Assembly: GCA_963790025.1 (NCBI GenBank)
Contig: CAWBMP010000004.1
Span: 1,440,001-1,504,000, forward strand
Direction: 5' to 3'
From: Nitrospirota bacterium
GTDB lineage: Bacteria; Nitrospirota; Thermodesulfovibrionia; Thermodesulfovibrionales; Dissulfurispiraceae
DNA length: 64,000 bases
The position numbers and the translations under genes were made by a program. Every line of letters begins with the position of its first letter. Positions within the stretch are counted from its first letter, which is position 1. The notes under the pieces were generated by a model that was given only the letters and a program-made list of their open reading frames with translations, did not search any database and was not told where the DNA came from. This document shows, piece by piece, positions 29,171 through 39,934 of this stretch.

Positions 29171-30619
29171 TTATTTTAACGTATTTTGATAAATTGCATT
29201 TTGATAAATTGCAATATATTTCTGCGCAGATTTTTTCCATGAGAAATCCTTATCCATGGCATTGCGCATCATTTCCAGCCAGGCCTTTTTATCATTAAAG
29301 GTTTTCAGTGCCCGCCTAACAGCCTGCATAAATGAGGTCAAGCTGTATTCTCCAAAAAGAAACCCGGTTTTATCGTCCTCTATCGTATCTGATATCCCCC
29401 CTGTTTTGCGCGCCACCGGGATGGTCCCGTAACGCATGGCTATCATCTGCCCGAGCCCGCATGGCTCATATCTTGAGGGCATCAAAAATATGTCAGATCC
29501 GGCATAGGCAAGACGGGCGAACGGCTCATCAAATTCTGTGTAGAAGAAAAAGCCGCCGTGTGAGCGTTTTCTTACTGAATCCAGCATTGCCTGATAGTGG
29601 TCATCACCCTGGCCGATTACCACTATATTTGCTCCTTCCTTGAGCAGGTCGGGGATAGCCTCCGCAAGCAGGTCGATCCCTTTCTGGTATGAAAGCCTTC
29701 CAATAAAGCATATAAGCGGACCTCGCGTGGCATTGTCCAACGAGGCTTTTTTTATTAACTCTTTTTTGCAGGCCTGCTTGCCGAGGAGATTGGATTTATC
29801 ATAGTTATTGACAAGAAAATCATCAGTGGAGGGGTCCCATTCTTTGTAGTCTATCCCGTTTATTATACCGACAATAGACGCGCCCCTTTTTCTGAGGACC
29901 CCGTCCAAACCGAAGCCAAATTCAGGAGTACGTATTTCCTCAGAATAGGTGTTGCTTACCGTTGTTATCAAATCCGCCCCGACAATTCCAGCTTTCAGGA
30001 AATTTACTTTGCCGTAAAATTCGATGCCTTCAGGATTGAAGACAGAGGCGCCCAATCCGGTTATCTCCAGTGTCTGGGGCGGGAAAATTCCCTGGTAGCC
30101 GAGATTGTGGATAGTAATGACAGAAGCAGCCTTTTTTAAAGAAGGCACATAACTGTATAAAGTTTTCATTAATAGTGGTATGAGTGCGGTCTGCCAGTCA
30201 TGACAGTGCATAACGTCAATCTGAAGGTCCAGCCTTTTGCAGACCTCAAGAACGCTTTTTGAGAAAAAGGCAAAACGCTGGTCATTGTCAGGGTAATCAC
30301 CGGAAGGTGTTCCGTATAGTTCATCCCTGAAAAAGAAATTTTCGTTCCCGATAAAATAGATGTTTGGGGTTGGACCGCCAATGCTGCTTGTAAGCACTTT
30401 ACAGGGTCTCGCCGTATTTCCGATCGGGATGTCCATTTCAATACCGCTGTCACGGATCTTGGCGCTGAAGCGTTCGGCTGTCGTTTTATAATATGGAATG
30501 AACAGCAGGGCATCGTGCTTCATGGAAAGGAACTTGCGGAAAAGTGTTCCCGCCACATCGGCGAGGCCCCCTGTTTTGGAAAAAGGGACCGCCTCTGAAG
30601 ACACGATGGCTATTCTCAT
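29171..30619 (-). CDS. glgA: Glycogen synthase
   Basis: KTGGLADV, HCHDWQ, TIHNLGYQG, PSRYEPCGLGQ. Confidence 0.95.
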   Translation of the reverse strand: MRIAIVSSEAVPFSKTGGLADVAGTLFRKFLSMKHDALLFIPYYKTTAERFSAKIRDSGIEMDIPIGNTARPCKVLTSSIGGPTPNIYFIGNENFFFRDELYGTPSGDYPDNDQRFAFFSKSVLEVCKRLDLQIDVMHCHDWQTALIPLLMKTLYSYVPSLKKAASVITIHNLGYQGIFPPQTLEITGLGASVFNPEGIEFYGKVNFLKAGIVGADLITTVSNTYSEEIRTPEFGFGLDGVLRKRGASIVGIINGIDYKEWDPSTDDFLVNNYDKSNLLGKQACKKELIKKASLDNATRGPLICFIGRLSYQKGIDLLAEAIPDLLKEGANIVVIGQGDDHYQAMLDSVRKRSHGGFFFYTEFDEPFARLAYAGSDIFLMPSRYEPCGLGQMIAMRYGTIPVARKTGGISDTIEDDKTGFLFGEYSLTSFMQAVRRALKTFNDKKAWLEMMRNAMDKDFSWKKSAQKYIAIYQNAIYQNTLK

Positions 30620-31614
30620 ATTTTTGCTTCTTTCAAGTACTGGGTCGCTTCCTCAGGGGGTGTGGGGTTGATAAAAAAACCCGAGCCCCACTCAAACCCT
30701 GCTGTTTTGGTGAGCTTGGGAACAATTTCAAGATGCCAGTGGTAGTAGTCGTTGATTTCCTCTTTGAAAGGGGAGGTGTGAATAATAAAATTGTAAGGAG
30801 GAATATCAAGGACTTTGTCCAGTTGTCTCAGGGTCCGTTGAAGGATTTCCGCGAAGCTGGAAAAGCTCTTGTCCGGCGGAGAAAAATTCGACTCGTGCTT
30901 TTTAGGCAAAATCCATGTTTCAAAGGGCTCCCTGGGAGCAAAAGGCGAGATCGATACATATTTATCGTTCTCGTAAATTACCCGTTTATCAGCGCTCAAT
31001 TCCTGGTTAACGATATCGCAGAATATGCAGCGCTCCTTGTTATCATAATATTTTTTTGCTGAATCCATTTCCTCTTTGACACTCTTGGGTACTATGGGGA
31101 GGGCTATGAGCTGGCTATGCGTATGTTCCAGTGAGGAGCCCGCTATTTCGCCCTCGTTCTTGAAAATCAGGACATACTTGAGCCGGACGTCTTTATTGAG
31201 GTCTGTAAGTCTGAAGAAGTAGGCCCATAGCACATCCTCAACCGCCCTGAGCGACATTGTAGCGAGGGAAAGTTGGTGGTCAGGTGTCTCTATAATGACT
31301 TCATGAGCACCCACTCCGTTCATCATGTCAAAGACTCCCTCCCCTCTTTTGGCCAGTTCCCCCTGTATTTGCAATGCGGGAAACTTGTTGGGCACAACCC
31401 TGAGCGTCCATCCCGGTGAATTTGGAGATGTGCCTGCCGGTCTGAACGCCATGATCTCCGGAGTTGTAGTATGTTCGTTGCCGGGACAAAACGGACAGAA
31501 TCCACCGGCCCTCCTTTTTTGCGAGGGGGAGATGAAGTCTGAAGGTCTTTTCCCGCGTTCTATCGATATGATGACCCATCTGCCGGAAATGGGGTCCTTT
31601 CTTAATTCAGGCAT
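30616..31614 (-). CDS. galT: Galactose-1-phosphate uridylyltransferase (GalT-like HIT protein)
   Basis: ELRKDP, CPFCPGNE, GSSLEHTHSQ, YHWHLEI, AGFEWG. Confidence 0.88.
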   Translation of the reverse strand: MPELRKDPISGRWVIISIERGKRPSDFISPSQKRRAGGFCPFCPGNEHTTTPEIMAFRPAGTSPNSPGWTLRVVPNKFPALQIQGELAKRGEGVFDMMNGVGAHEVIIETPDHQLSLATMSLRAVEDVLWAYFFRLTDLNKDVRLKYVLIFKNEGEIAGSSLEHTHSQLIALPIVPKSVKEEMDSAKKYYDNKERCIFCDIVNQELSADKRVIYENDKYVSISPFAPREPFETWILPKKHESNFSPPDKSFSSFAEILQRTLRQLDKVLDIPPYNFIIHTSPFKEEINDYYHWHLEIVPKLTKTAGFEWGSGFFINPTPPEEATQYLKEAKI

Positions 31615-31725
31615 ATGTCCTCCTTATTGAAGTCGTTCGGTGTACTGTGTATTGCGTTAAAAAATATGGGTATACACAACGCCGTACGCTGCACGACTTC
31701 TTTTGAATGGTATAATTATAGCACT

Positions 31726-32712
31726 ATGAAACCAAGTTTTCATGCCGGTTCTGTTAATAGTCCGTTCGAAGATCCGTGTGTTTACATTAGAATAATCAGA
31801 GAGAACCGGGCAATGCTTTTCGATGCAGGCGATATCGGCAAGCTCAGTCAGGGCAGTCTCCTGAAGATCACCGATGTATTTGTCTCCCATACCCATATAG
31901 ATCATTTTATCGGTTTCGATAAGCTGTTGAGGGCCGTTCTGAGGAGGGATATCCCGCTGAAAGTATTCGGCCCCGCAAATATTATCGATTGTGTTGCAGG
32001 AAAGCTTAAAGGATATACCTGGAATTTGATAAGGGATTACCCGCTGAAAATAGAGGTGTTTGAAGTAAAAGGCCCTTTGCTGTCGCATGCGAGCTTTCAT
32101 GCTGCGTGTTCATTCCAGAGAGTCGATAATCCCGACCGGGAATTTAACGGCACAGTCATGGAGGACCCGCTTTTTACCATAAAGGGAGTGGAACTGTCCC
32201 ATCAGATACCTGTTATGGCCTATGCGCTTGAAGAGGCGTTTCACATTAACATCGATAAGGCGGCCCTGAGCGCACGGGGGCTGCCTGTGGGGGCCTGGCT
32301 TTCCGCATTCAAAAAATCCATAAGGGCAGGATGTCCCGATGCCACGGTTTTCGAAGTGTCGGGGAAGTCTTACAGCATCGCTGAACTTATGCCGGTTGCC
32401 CACATCACCAGGGGACAGAAGATTTCCTACGTGACGGATGTGGCGCCGGATGCCGAGAATATAGAAAAGACAGTGGCATTTGTCAGCGGTTCAGACGAGT
32501 TTTTCTGCGAGGCATATTTTCTTGAAAAGGACGAGGCCCGGGCTCATGAGCGCCATCACCTTACAGCTGCATTGGCAGGCCGGATTGCCCGCGAAGCAGG
32601 GGTGGGCAACCTCGAACTCATACATTTCTCACCGAAATATACCAAATGCATGGACGAGATTTACAGCGAAGCAATGCGTGAATTCAGGGGCGGCACTACC
32701 ATGAAATACTGA
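31726..32712 (+). CDS. Ribonuclease Z-like metallo-beta-lactamase fold protein
   Basis: VSHTHIDHFIG, YVTD, HHLT, HFSPKY. Confidence 0.82.
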   Translation: MKPSFHAGSVNSPFEDPCVYIRIIRENRAMLFDAGDIGKLSQGSLLKITDVFVSHTHIDHFIGFDKLLRAVLRRDIPLKVFGPANIIDCVAGKLKGYTWNLIRDYPLKIEVFEVKGPLLSHASFHAACSFQRVDNPDREFNGTVMEDPLFTIKGVELSHQIPVMAYALEEAFHINIDKAALSARGLPVGAWLSAFKKSIRAGCPDATVFEVSGKSYSIAELMPVAHITRGQKISYVTDVAPDAENIEKTVAFVSGSDEFFCEAYFLEKDEARAHERHHLTAALAGRIAREAGVGNLELIHFSPKYTKCMDEIYSEAMREFRGGTTMKY

Positions 32713-32730
32713 TTTGTTGTAGTATTTAAA

Positions 32731-33498
32731 ATGCACAAGACGCAGCCACTTATTCTTGTTACTAATGATGACGGAGTGCATTCCCCGGGTATCATCGCTT
32801 TGTTTAAGGCAATGAAGGAACTGGGCCAAGCATACATTATTGCGCCTGACAGAGAGCGGAGCGCAGTGGGCCATGCGCTGACCTTGCACCGGCCGCTGAA
32901 AGTGGAGGAACTGCGCGAAAATGTTTTTAGCGTAAACGGAACGCCGACTGATTGTGTTGCGCTAGCTGTCCATAAAATATTGTCCAGGAAACCTGACCTT
33001 ATCGCCTCGGGTATAAACAGAGGCGCTAATCTGGGTGACGACATCACCTATTCCGGTACTGTTTCGGCTGCTATGGAGGGAACTATTTTAGGGGTCTCCT
33101 CGTTTGCCATTTCAGTGGTAGGAGACAGGCCTTTTCATTTTGAGAGTGCTGTTTCCTACGCCATTGAAGTCGGAAGCTACATACTGGACAAGTCGCTGCC
33201 TTACGACACCTTCCTCAATGTTAATGTCCCCAATACTCCAAAGAAGGACGCCATCAGGGGGATCAGAATCACAAAGCAGGGCAAGCGGGTTTATGATAAT
33301 GCTATTCAGGAGGTCTTTTCACCATGGGGCGATAAGCATTACTGGATTGGCGGAGGAAAACCCTATTGGGAGCAAGGAGAGGATATGGACATACAGGCAG
33401 TACTTGATGGCTATGTGTCGGTTACACCTGTCCACCTCGATCTCACTAACTATACTGCACTGGAGTGCCTGAGAAAGAAATGGCAGACGCAAACGTAA
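32731..33498 (+). CDS. surE: 5'/3'-nucleotidase SurE
   Basis: LVTNDDG, GTPTDCV, SGINRGANLG, YSGTVSAAMEG. Confidence 0.96.
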   Translation: MHKTQPLILVTNDDGVHSPGIIALFKAMKELGQAYIIAPDRERSAVGHALTLHRPLKVEELRENVFSVNGTPTDCVALAVHKILSRKPDLIASGINRGANLGDDITYSGTVSAAMEGTILGVSSFAISVVGDRPFHFESAVSYAIEVGSYILDKSLPYDTFLNVNVPNTPKKDAIRGIRITKQGKRVYDNAIQEVFSPWGDKHYWIGGGKPYWEQGEDMDIQAVLDGYVSVTPVHLDLTNYTALECLRKKWQTQT

Positions 33499-34880
33499 AG
33501 GATTATAACGTAATAATTGTCGGCGCAGGACCGGCAGGTATTTTTTGTTCGCTGGAACTTATCGCTCATGCGCAAACTCTTAAAGTCCTTATAATCGAAC
33601 AGGGCAAGGACATCGACCGTCGCAGCTGTCCCATGAATGCCGGACTAAAAACGTGCATGTCATGCCCGGAATGTGAACTGATAAGCGGATGGGGCGGTGC
33701 AGGGGCGTATAGCGATGGTAAGCTTACCCTTTCCCCGGAAATCGGCGGATTCCTCAACCGCTATATAAAGACAGATGCCCTCCAGTCCCTGATAGATTAT
33801 GTAGATGGTATTTATGTCAAATATGGTGCGCCCGACGAACTGCACGGCGGTGACGATAACGCAGTGAGGGGCATTAAAGATCTTGCAGCCGGAAATGACC
33901 TGACTTTTGTTCCCTCCAAGATACGGCATATAGGTACGGACAAGTGCAGGGACGTATTGACTGAAATGAGAAAGGCAATTGCTGGGAAAGTCGATACCAT
34001 TTTTGAGCAGGATGTGCAGCGCATAGTTATAGATAAAAGGAGAGCGGTTGGCGTAAGGCTCGGAGATGGCCGCGAAATAAGGGCTGACTATATAATTCTG
34101 GCGCCGGGCAGGGCGTCTTCCAAATGGCTTGAGACAGAATCAAAGAGGCTTAAACTTACCCTGCTCAAGAACCCTGTAGATATAGGCGTGCGCGTTGAGG
34201 TGCCTGCACCGGTGCTTGAACCTCTTACAAGGGTTACGTATGAACCCAAAATGATATTTTACTCAAAGAAATTTGATGATAAAGTCAGGACATTTTGCGT
34301 GAATCCCTATGGCGAAGTAGTTAAGGAGCATCTGAAGGGCTTATGGACTGTAAACGGCCACAGTTATTCCGACAAAAAAACAAACAACACTAATTTTGCC
34401 ATTCTTTCGAGCACTTTTTTCACAGAGCCCTTTAATGAGCCGATATCGTATGGCACGTATATAGCACGGCTTGCCAACTTTCTGGGCGGGGGAGTAATTG
34501 TCCAGCGATTAGGCGATCTTATAAAAGGCAGGCGCTCCACCTCTGAACGAATAGCGAAGGGAATTGTCGAACCCACATTGAGTGATGCGACCCCCGGGGA
34601 CTTGAGCTTTGTTCTGCCATATCGTTATCTGTCAAATATCCTGGAGATGCTCGAGGTTTTGGACAGGATAGCCCCGGGTATCAATTCCAGGCATACCCTG
34701 CTTTATGGTGTGGAAGTGAAGTTTTATTCCATGCAGATCAAGCTCACGAACAGTCTTGAGACCGAGGTGCAGGACCTGTTTGCAATCGGCGACGGCGCAG
34801 GTGTCAGCAGGGGGCTCATACAAGCGTCGGCCTCTGGAGTGATAGCGGCGCGGGAAGTGATAAAAAGGGCGATTTGTTGA
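33480..34880 (+). CDS. FAD-dependent oxidoreductase
   Basis: GAGPAG, GWGGAGAYSDGKL, DIGVRVE, GDGAG. Confidence 0.88.
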   Translation: MADANVKDYNVIIVGAGPAGIFCSLELIAHAQTLKVLIIEQGKDIDRRSCPMNAGLKTCMSCPECELISGWGGAGAYSDGKLTLSPEIGGFLNRYIKTDALQSLIDYVDGIYVKYGAPDELHGGDDNAVRGIKDLAAGNDLTFVPSKIRHIGTDKCRDVLTEMRKAIAGKVDTIFEQDVQRIVIDKRRAVGVRLGDGREIRADYIILAPGRASSKWLETESKRLKLTLLKNPVDIGVRVEVPAPVLEPLTRVTYEPKMIFYSKKFDDKVRTFCVNPYGEVVKEHLKGLWTVNGHSYSDKKTNNTNFAILSSTFFTEPFNEPISYGTYIARLANFLGGGVIVQRLGDLIKGRRSTSERIAKGIVEPTLSDATPGDLSFVLPYRYLSNILEMLEVLDRIAPGINSRHTLLYGVEVKFYSMQIKLTNSLETEVQDLFAIGDGAGVSRGLIQASASGVIAAREVIKRAIC

Positions 34881-34890
34881 GGTGTTATCT

Positions 34891-35532
34891 ATGGATTATG
34901 CGAAGCTCAGGGAGATGATGGTAAATACGCAGCTTATTCCGCGAGGGATTAAGGACATCAGGGTCCTTGATGCCATGAGAAAAGTCCCCCGCCATCTTTT
35001 CATGCCTGAGGTCATCCGTGAAAACGCTTATGAAGATAATGCACTCCCCATAGGCGAAGGGCAGACAATTTCCCAGCCCTATATGGTTGCCGTCATGACA
35101 GAACTTCTAGAACTCACTGGAGACCAAAAGGTGCTCGAAATCGGCACCGGTTCAGGCTACCAGGCGGCACTGCTGGCGGAGCTTGCACTGGAGGTATACA
35201 CGATAGAAAGAATTGGGCCCCTTGCCGATAGAGCGCGTGAGCTTCTTGCCGGACTCGGATATCGCAACGTAATTGTGTTGACGGGGGATGGTTCCAAAGG
35301 GATGGAGGAAAAGGCGCCGTTTGACAGAATAATTGTTACGGCTGCTGCACCTAAACTGCCTGAAATAATTCTAAAACAACTTAAAGAGGGCGGCATTATC
35401 GTTGCACCTGTGGGAGAAAGGTTTTCGCAAATTGTGGTCAAGGGACGCAAAAAAGAGGGGGCGCTTGTCGAGGAATTCCAGGTGCCCTGTGTTTTCGTCC
35501 CGCTTATCGGCGAGTTCGGATGGGAATCTTGA
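34891..35532 (+). CDS. pcm: Protein-L-isoaspartate O-methyltransferase
   Basis: GQTISQPYMVA, LEIGTGSGYQ, FVPLIG. Confidence 0.96.
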   Translation: MDYAKLREMMVNTQLIPRGIKDIRVLDAMRKVPRHLFMPEVIRENAYEDNALPIGEGQTISQPYMVAVMTELLELTGDQKVLEIGTGSGYQAALLAELALEVYTIERIGPLADRARELLAGLGYRNVIVLTGDGSKGMEEKAPFDRIIVTAAAPKLPEIILKQLKEGGIIVAPVGERFSQIVVKGRKKEGALVEEFQVPCVFVPLIGEFGWES

Positions 35533-35619
35533 CCTCTGCCTCTTGACATATCCATTATTAACGTGATTTATTATAATTCGGCTTGAAATCTTAAAATAAT
35601 GTAAATGGAGGAGTTCTTT

Positions 35620-36927
35620 ATGTCGCTTGCAACTTTTATGGGAGGAATTCACCCGCCCGACAAGAAGGAGCTCTCCAAAGATAAGGCAATTTCTCCGGTA
35701 AAGCCGCCGAAAAAAGTTGTCATCCCTCTTTCACAGCACATCGGTGCGCCCTGCAAGCTGGCTGTTAAAATCGGCCAGGATATTAAAAAGGGTGAGATCA
35801 TCGGCACTCCGGAGGGTTTCGTGTCCGCTCCTGTCCATTCATCGGTGTCCGGAAAGGTCGTGTCTATCGGTGAGTTTCCCCTTCCTACCGGCAGAATGAT
35901 AACATCTGTCGTTATCGAAAATGACGGCAATGAGGAGTGGACATCGCTTAAAGACAATCCGGACTATTTTAAACTCACCCCTGAAGAATTGAAGGCCAAG
36001 GTAAAAGACGCCGGCATAGTAGGTATGGGAGGGGCTTCCTTCCCTGCCCATGTGAAGCTGTCTCCACCGAAAGAAAAGCCTATTGACGTTGTCATCCTGA
36101 ACGGAGCTGAATGTGAACCGTATCTTACGGCTGATTACAGGCTTATGATTGAGAGGCCCGGGGATGTGTTAGAGGGACTCAAAATCCTGATGAAAATAGT
36201 GAATGTCACCAAAGGCGTCATAGGAATAGAAAACAACAAGCCTGATGCCATTAAGTCAATGGAGCAGGCTGTATCCGGAGAGCCGAACATCACGGTATGC
36301 GCTCTCGAGGTGAAGTACCCGCAGGGAGCTGAAAAAATGCTCATCAAGGCCTCTGTCGACCGGGAGGTCCCTGCACGGGGCCTGCCCATGGATGTTGGGG
36401 TAATAGTGCATAACGTGGGCACTGCGATCGCTGTCTACGAGGCGGCACGATACGGGAAGCCTCTTATCGACCGTGTAGTGACCGTAACCGGAGAAGGGAT
36501 CAACGAGCCCAAGAATCTTATGGTTAAGGTAGGGACGCTGGTTTCAGATCTGATTGCCGAATGCGGCGGGCTGAAATCTGAAGCCGCCAAGGTTATTTCG
36601 GGGGGCCCTATGATGGGTTTCTCGATCTATTCACTTGATGTGCCGGTAACCAAGGGGACATCAGGCATTCTCGTCCTGCCTGAAGAGGGGGTCGTTCATG
36701 CAGAGGATTTCGGTCCCTGCATCCGGTGCGGCAGGTGCATCGACATTTGCCCGATGAGACTGATGCCTTCCATGTTGAGCGTCCTGGCTGAGAAGGGATT
36801 CTACGAGGAGTCAAAGGAATATGACCTCTTTGACTGTTTCGAATGTGGTTCGTGCACTTACGTGTGTCCGTCGAAGAGGCCGATTGTTCAGTTTGTGCGT
36901 CTCGCCAAATCACAGGTAAAACCATAA
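35620..36927 (+). CDS. rnfC: Rnf complex subunit C
   Basis: GIVGMGGASFP, NGAECEPYLTAD, YPQGAEK, two 4Fe-4S motifs. Confidence 0.95.
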   Translation: MSLATFMGGIHPPDKKELSKDKAISPVKPPKKVVIPLSQHIGAPCKLAVKIGQDIKKGEIIGTPEGFVSAPVHSSVSGKVVSIGEFPLPTGRMITSVVIENDGNEEWTSLKDNPDYFKLTPEELKAKVKDAGIVGMGGASFPAHVKLSPPKEKPIDVVILNGAECEPYLTADYRLMIERPGDVLEGLKILMKIVNVTKGVIGIENNKPDAIKSMEQAVSGEPNITVCALEVKYPQGAEKMLIKASVDREVPARGLPMDVGVIVHNVGTAIAVYEAARYGKPLIDRVVTVTGEGINEPKNLMVKVGTLVSDLIAECGGLKSEAAKVISGGPMMGFSIYSLDVPVTKGTSGILVLPEEGVVHAEDFGPCIRCGRCIDICPMRLMPSMLSVLAEKGFYEESKEYDLFDCFECGSCTYVCPSKRPIVQFVRLAKSQVKP

Positions 36928-36965
36928 AGAGCAAAAAGCCTGATTTTAGTTTTAAGGGAGTTTGA

Positions 36966-37991
36966 ATGGAAACGCTTAAGAAAGAGCATCAACTCACTAT
37001 ATCGGTAAGTCCTCATGTAAAAAGCGAGGAAACCACCAGCAGGATTATGTGGAGCGTTTCCGCATCCTTGCTGCCTGCCGCGCTGATGGGAGTTTATTTT
37101 TTCGGTCCGCGCGCTGCTGTCACTCTGGCCCTTACAATTATTGCCGCACTGGCATCTGAGTTTGCTTATCAGAAACTGCTCAACAAGAAAATCGTACTGA
37201 ACGACGGGAGCGCTTTTCTCACAGGCCTGTTGCTCGGTATGAACCTGCCTGCGTCGGTACCCTTTTATGTGCCGGTCATAGGGTCCATCGTTGCAATAGT
37301 CATATGCAAGCAGCTTTTCGGAGGGCTGGGCTATAACGTCTTTAATCCTGCCTTGATCGGAAGGGCCTTTCTGCTTATATCGTTTCCAAAGCTTATGACT
37401 ATCTGGACAGAGCCAACAGCTGCTTTTATACGCCTTGATGCAAAGACAACGGCTACCCCGCTTGGTATCCTGAAAGAAGAGGGTGTTGCAAGACTAATGG
37501 AGGTTTTTGGAGATAAAATTAATCTTTACACCCAGCTTTTCGTAGGACACAGGGCAGGCTCAATAGGTGAAACATCGGCGATTGCCTTGCTCATAGGCGC
37601 CGCCTTTCTTCTTTACAGGGGATATATATCATGGGAGATCCCCGGTTCTTTCCTGGGTACAGCAGCACTCATTGCCTGGGTGTTTGGAACAAAAGGGGCG
37701 CTCTTTGCCGGAGATCCCCTGGTGCATCTTCTGAGCGGCGGTATGCTCCTGGGTGCCTTTTTCATGGCAACTGACTACGTTACTTGTCCTTCCATGAAAA
37801 GGGGGCAGATACTTTTCGGTATAGGCTGCGGCTTTCTTACTATGCTGATAAGGCTAAAGGGAGGGTACCCCGAAGGTGTAATGTTTGCCATCCTTATAAT
37901 GAACTGCTTCTCTCCCCTTATTGACCGGAAGTTTAGAAGCAAAGTCTTCGGGGCCCGGGAAGAAACAAAAGCTAAGGAGACCAAAAAATGA
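36966..37991 (+). CDS. rnfD: Rnf complex subunit D
   Basis: SPH, KQLFGGLGYNVFNPA, TTATPL, GSIGETS, FMATD. Confidence 0.95.
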   Translation: METLKKEHQLTISVSPHVKSEETTSRIMWSVSASLLPAALMGVYFFGPRAAVTLALTIIAALASEFAYQKLLNKKIVLNDGSAFLTGLLLGMNLPASVPFYVPVIGSIVAIVICKQLFGGLGYNVFNPALIGRAFLLISFPKLMTIWTEPTAAFIRLDAKTTATPLGILKEEGVARLMEVFGDKINLYTQLFVGHRAGSIGETSAIALLIGAAFLLYRGYISWEIPGSFLGTAALIAWVFGTKGALFAGDPLVHLLSGGMLLGAFFMATDYVTCPSMKRGQILFGIGCGFLTMLIRLKGGYPEGVMFAILIMNCFSPLIDRKFRSKVFGAREETKAKETKK

Positions 37992-38605
37992 CTTTCAAGG
38001 ACATCATTAAAATAACCCTGAACCTTGTAGTCGTATATTTGATCGGAGGTCTTATTCTTGCAGCCGTATATGCCAAAACAGCGCCCATAATATTTAGAAA
38101 TGACGAGAATGCAAAGAAACAGGCCCTCAAGTCACTGATGCCCGAAGCTGATGATATAAAAAAAGCCGGCGAATGGACTATTCATGAGAAACATGCGGAA
38201 TATTATATTGCTAAAAAGGGGGACCATATAATCGGGTATGTTGTTCAATCTTTTGGTAAGGGATATTCCAGCTTTATCAATACGCTTATTGCCGTTGATA
38301 AGGATTTCAGGGTGCAGAAGATCAGCATCCTCAGTCATGGAGAGACCCCCGGTCTCGGCGATGAAATAATGTCGGACTCTTTTCAAAAGCAATTCAAAAG
38401 CAAGGATTTCGACCACCTGAAGGTCCTGAAGACAGAGACCACCGAATATGTGCAGGCCATATCGGGTGCTACCATCTCAAGCCGGGCAGTGACCGAGGAC
38501 GCGGTAAAAAACGGCGTTAACGAACTTATTGAAGTATTCAGAGACAAGAAAGCCGGCGAGGCAGTCACAAGGGAAGGAGGTGCTGCTCATGGCACAAGCA
38601 ACTGA
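37988..38605 (+). CDS. rnfG: Rnf complex subunit G
   Basis: HGETPGLG and FMN-binding ISGATISS. Confidence 0.93.
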   Translation: MTFKDIIKITLNLVVVYLIGGLILAAVYAKTAPIIFRNDENAKKQALKSLMPEADDIKKAGEWTIHEKHAEYYIAKKGDHIIGYVVQSFGKGYSSFINTLIAVDKDFRVQKISILSHGETPGLGDEIMSDSFQKQFKSKDFDHLKVLKTETTEYVQAISGATISSRAVTEDAVKNGVNELIEVFRDKKAGEAVTREGGAAHGTSN

Positions 38606-39212
38606 TATCACTTTTTGGGAGGCGATAAAGAATGGGGTCATAAAGGACAACACCATTTTCAAGCTCGCTCTCAGCCTCTGCCCCTCCATCGCGGTGACGA
38701 ACAGTCTCAAGAACGGTGTTTATATGGGCGTTGCCGTGCTCTTTGTCCAGACAATGGTTAATATCACCATTTCAGCGATGCGGAAGGTTATCCACCCAAA
38801 AGTAAGATTGCCGATATTCATGCTGGTAATTTCCGGTTGGGTCACTGTTGTGAACATGGTCATGTCTGCAATGGTCCCTGACGTTTACAAAGAGGTGGGA
38901 CTCTATATACAGCTTATCGTAGCATTCGCCTCCATTCTTGCCAGGGCGGAAATGTTTGCCAGTAAAAACACTATAAAGCCTTCTATGTACGACGGCATAG
39001 GAATGGGCCTTGGCTTTCTCTTTGCTCTCACCGTCATCAGTTTTTTCCGGGAATTAATCGGCAGGGGTACGCTCTGGGGACATCCCATAATCAATGCCAA
39101 GCCTCTGCTTATCCTGGTCCTTCCAGCGGGCGGTTTTCTTTCAGTCGGTTTACTCATGGCCCTTTTCAACTGGATGGATGCGCGTTATTCAAAGGGCAAG
39201 AGCGGACACTAA
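38589..39212 (+). CDS. rnfE: Rnf complex subunit E
   Basis: LSLCPSIAVT, DGIGMGLGF, RELIG, LPAGGF. Confidence 0.92.
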   Translation: MAQATDITFWEAIKNGVIKDNTIFKLALSLCPSIAVTNSLKNGVYMGVAVLFVQTMVNITISAMRKVIHPKVRLPIFMLVISGWVTVVNMVMSAMVPDVYKEVGLYIQLIVAFASILARAEMFASKNTIKPSMYDGIGMGLGFLFALTVISFFRELIGRGTLWGHPIINAKPLLILVLPAGGFLSVGLLMALFNWMDARYSKGKSGH

Positions 39213-39223
39213 AGGAGGAAAAA

Positions 39224-39817
39224 ATGCACAATGAATTCACAAAAATGTTTGAGCTTGTAATTGCCGCATCCCTGATAAATAATTTTGTGTTTACGAAATT
39301 CCTCGGTCTCTGTATATTCTTCGGTGTATCAAAAAAGATGGAGACTGCTGTTGGAATGAGTATCACCTTTACCGCTGTAATGATGCTCGGTGCGGCTGTA
39401 AACTGGCTTGTTTTTAATAAAATAATGGTCCCGCTTGATATTACCTTCCTGAAGATCATAGTCTTTATAGGAGTTATAGCCGGTCTGGTCCAGGCGTCCG
39501 ATACTATTATGAGAAAGATAGCCCCGGCACTCTATTATAAGCTTGGTATCTATCTTGCCCTTATTTCGACGAACTGCATTATTCTTGCTGTGCCGCTGGA
39601 AAACGCACAAGAGCACTTCAGCTTTGTCGAGAGCCTTGCTTTCGGTCTGGGCTCGGGTATCGGTTTTGGTCTTGCCCTGATTATAATGGCCAGCATTCGC
39701 GAGAAGCTAGAATTGGCTGATGTGCCGGCGCCGTTCAAGGGGCTGCCTATGGCGTTCATTGTCACGGGACTGATAGCCCTGGCATTTACCGGGTTCTCAG
39801 GGTTGATAACGATGTGA
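39224..39817 (+). CDS. rnfA: Rnf complex subunit A
   Basis: NNFVFTKFLGLC, LISTNC, IREKL. Confidence 0.94.
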   Translation: MHNEFTKMFELVIAASLINNFVFTKFLGLCIFFGVSKKMETAVGMSITFTAVMMLGAAVNWLVFNKIMVPLDITFLKIIVFIGVIAGLVQASDTIMRKIAPALYYKLGIYLALISTNCIILAVPLENAQEHFSFVESLAFGLGSGIGFGLALIIMASIREKLELADVPAPFKGLPMAFIVTGLIALAFTGFSGLITM

Positions 39818-39934
39818 TGAGATGTAATATATGTTAAGAATTCCGGGTGGCAGTTATTAATATATTATTGTTAAAATATTATATATGCTGCTCAACCAAC
39901 GCAGTACGCCGTGCCAATTTGGAGGTAATGTTGC

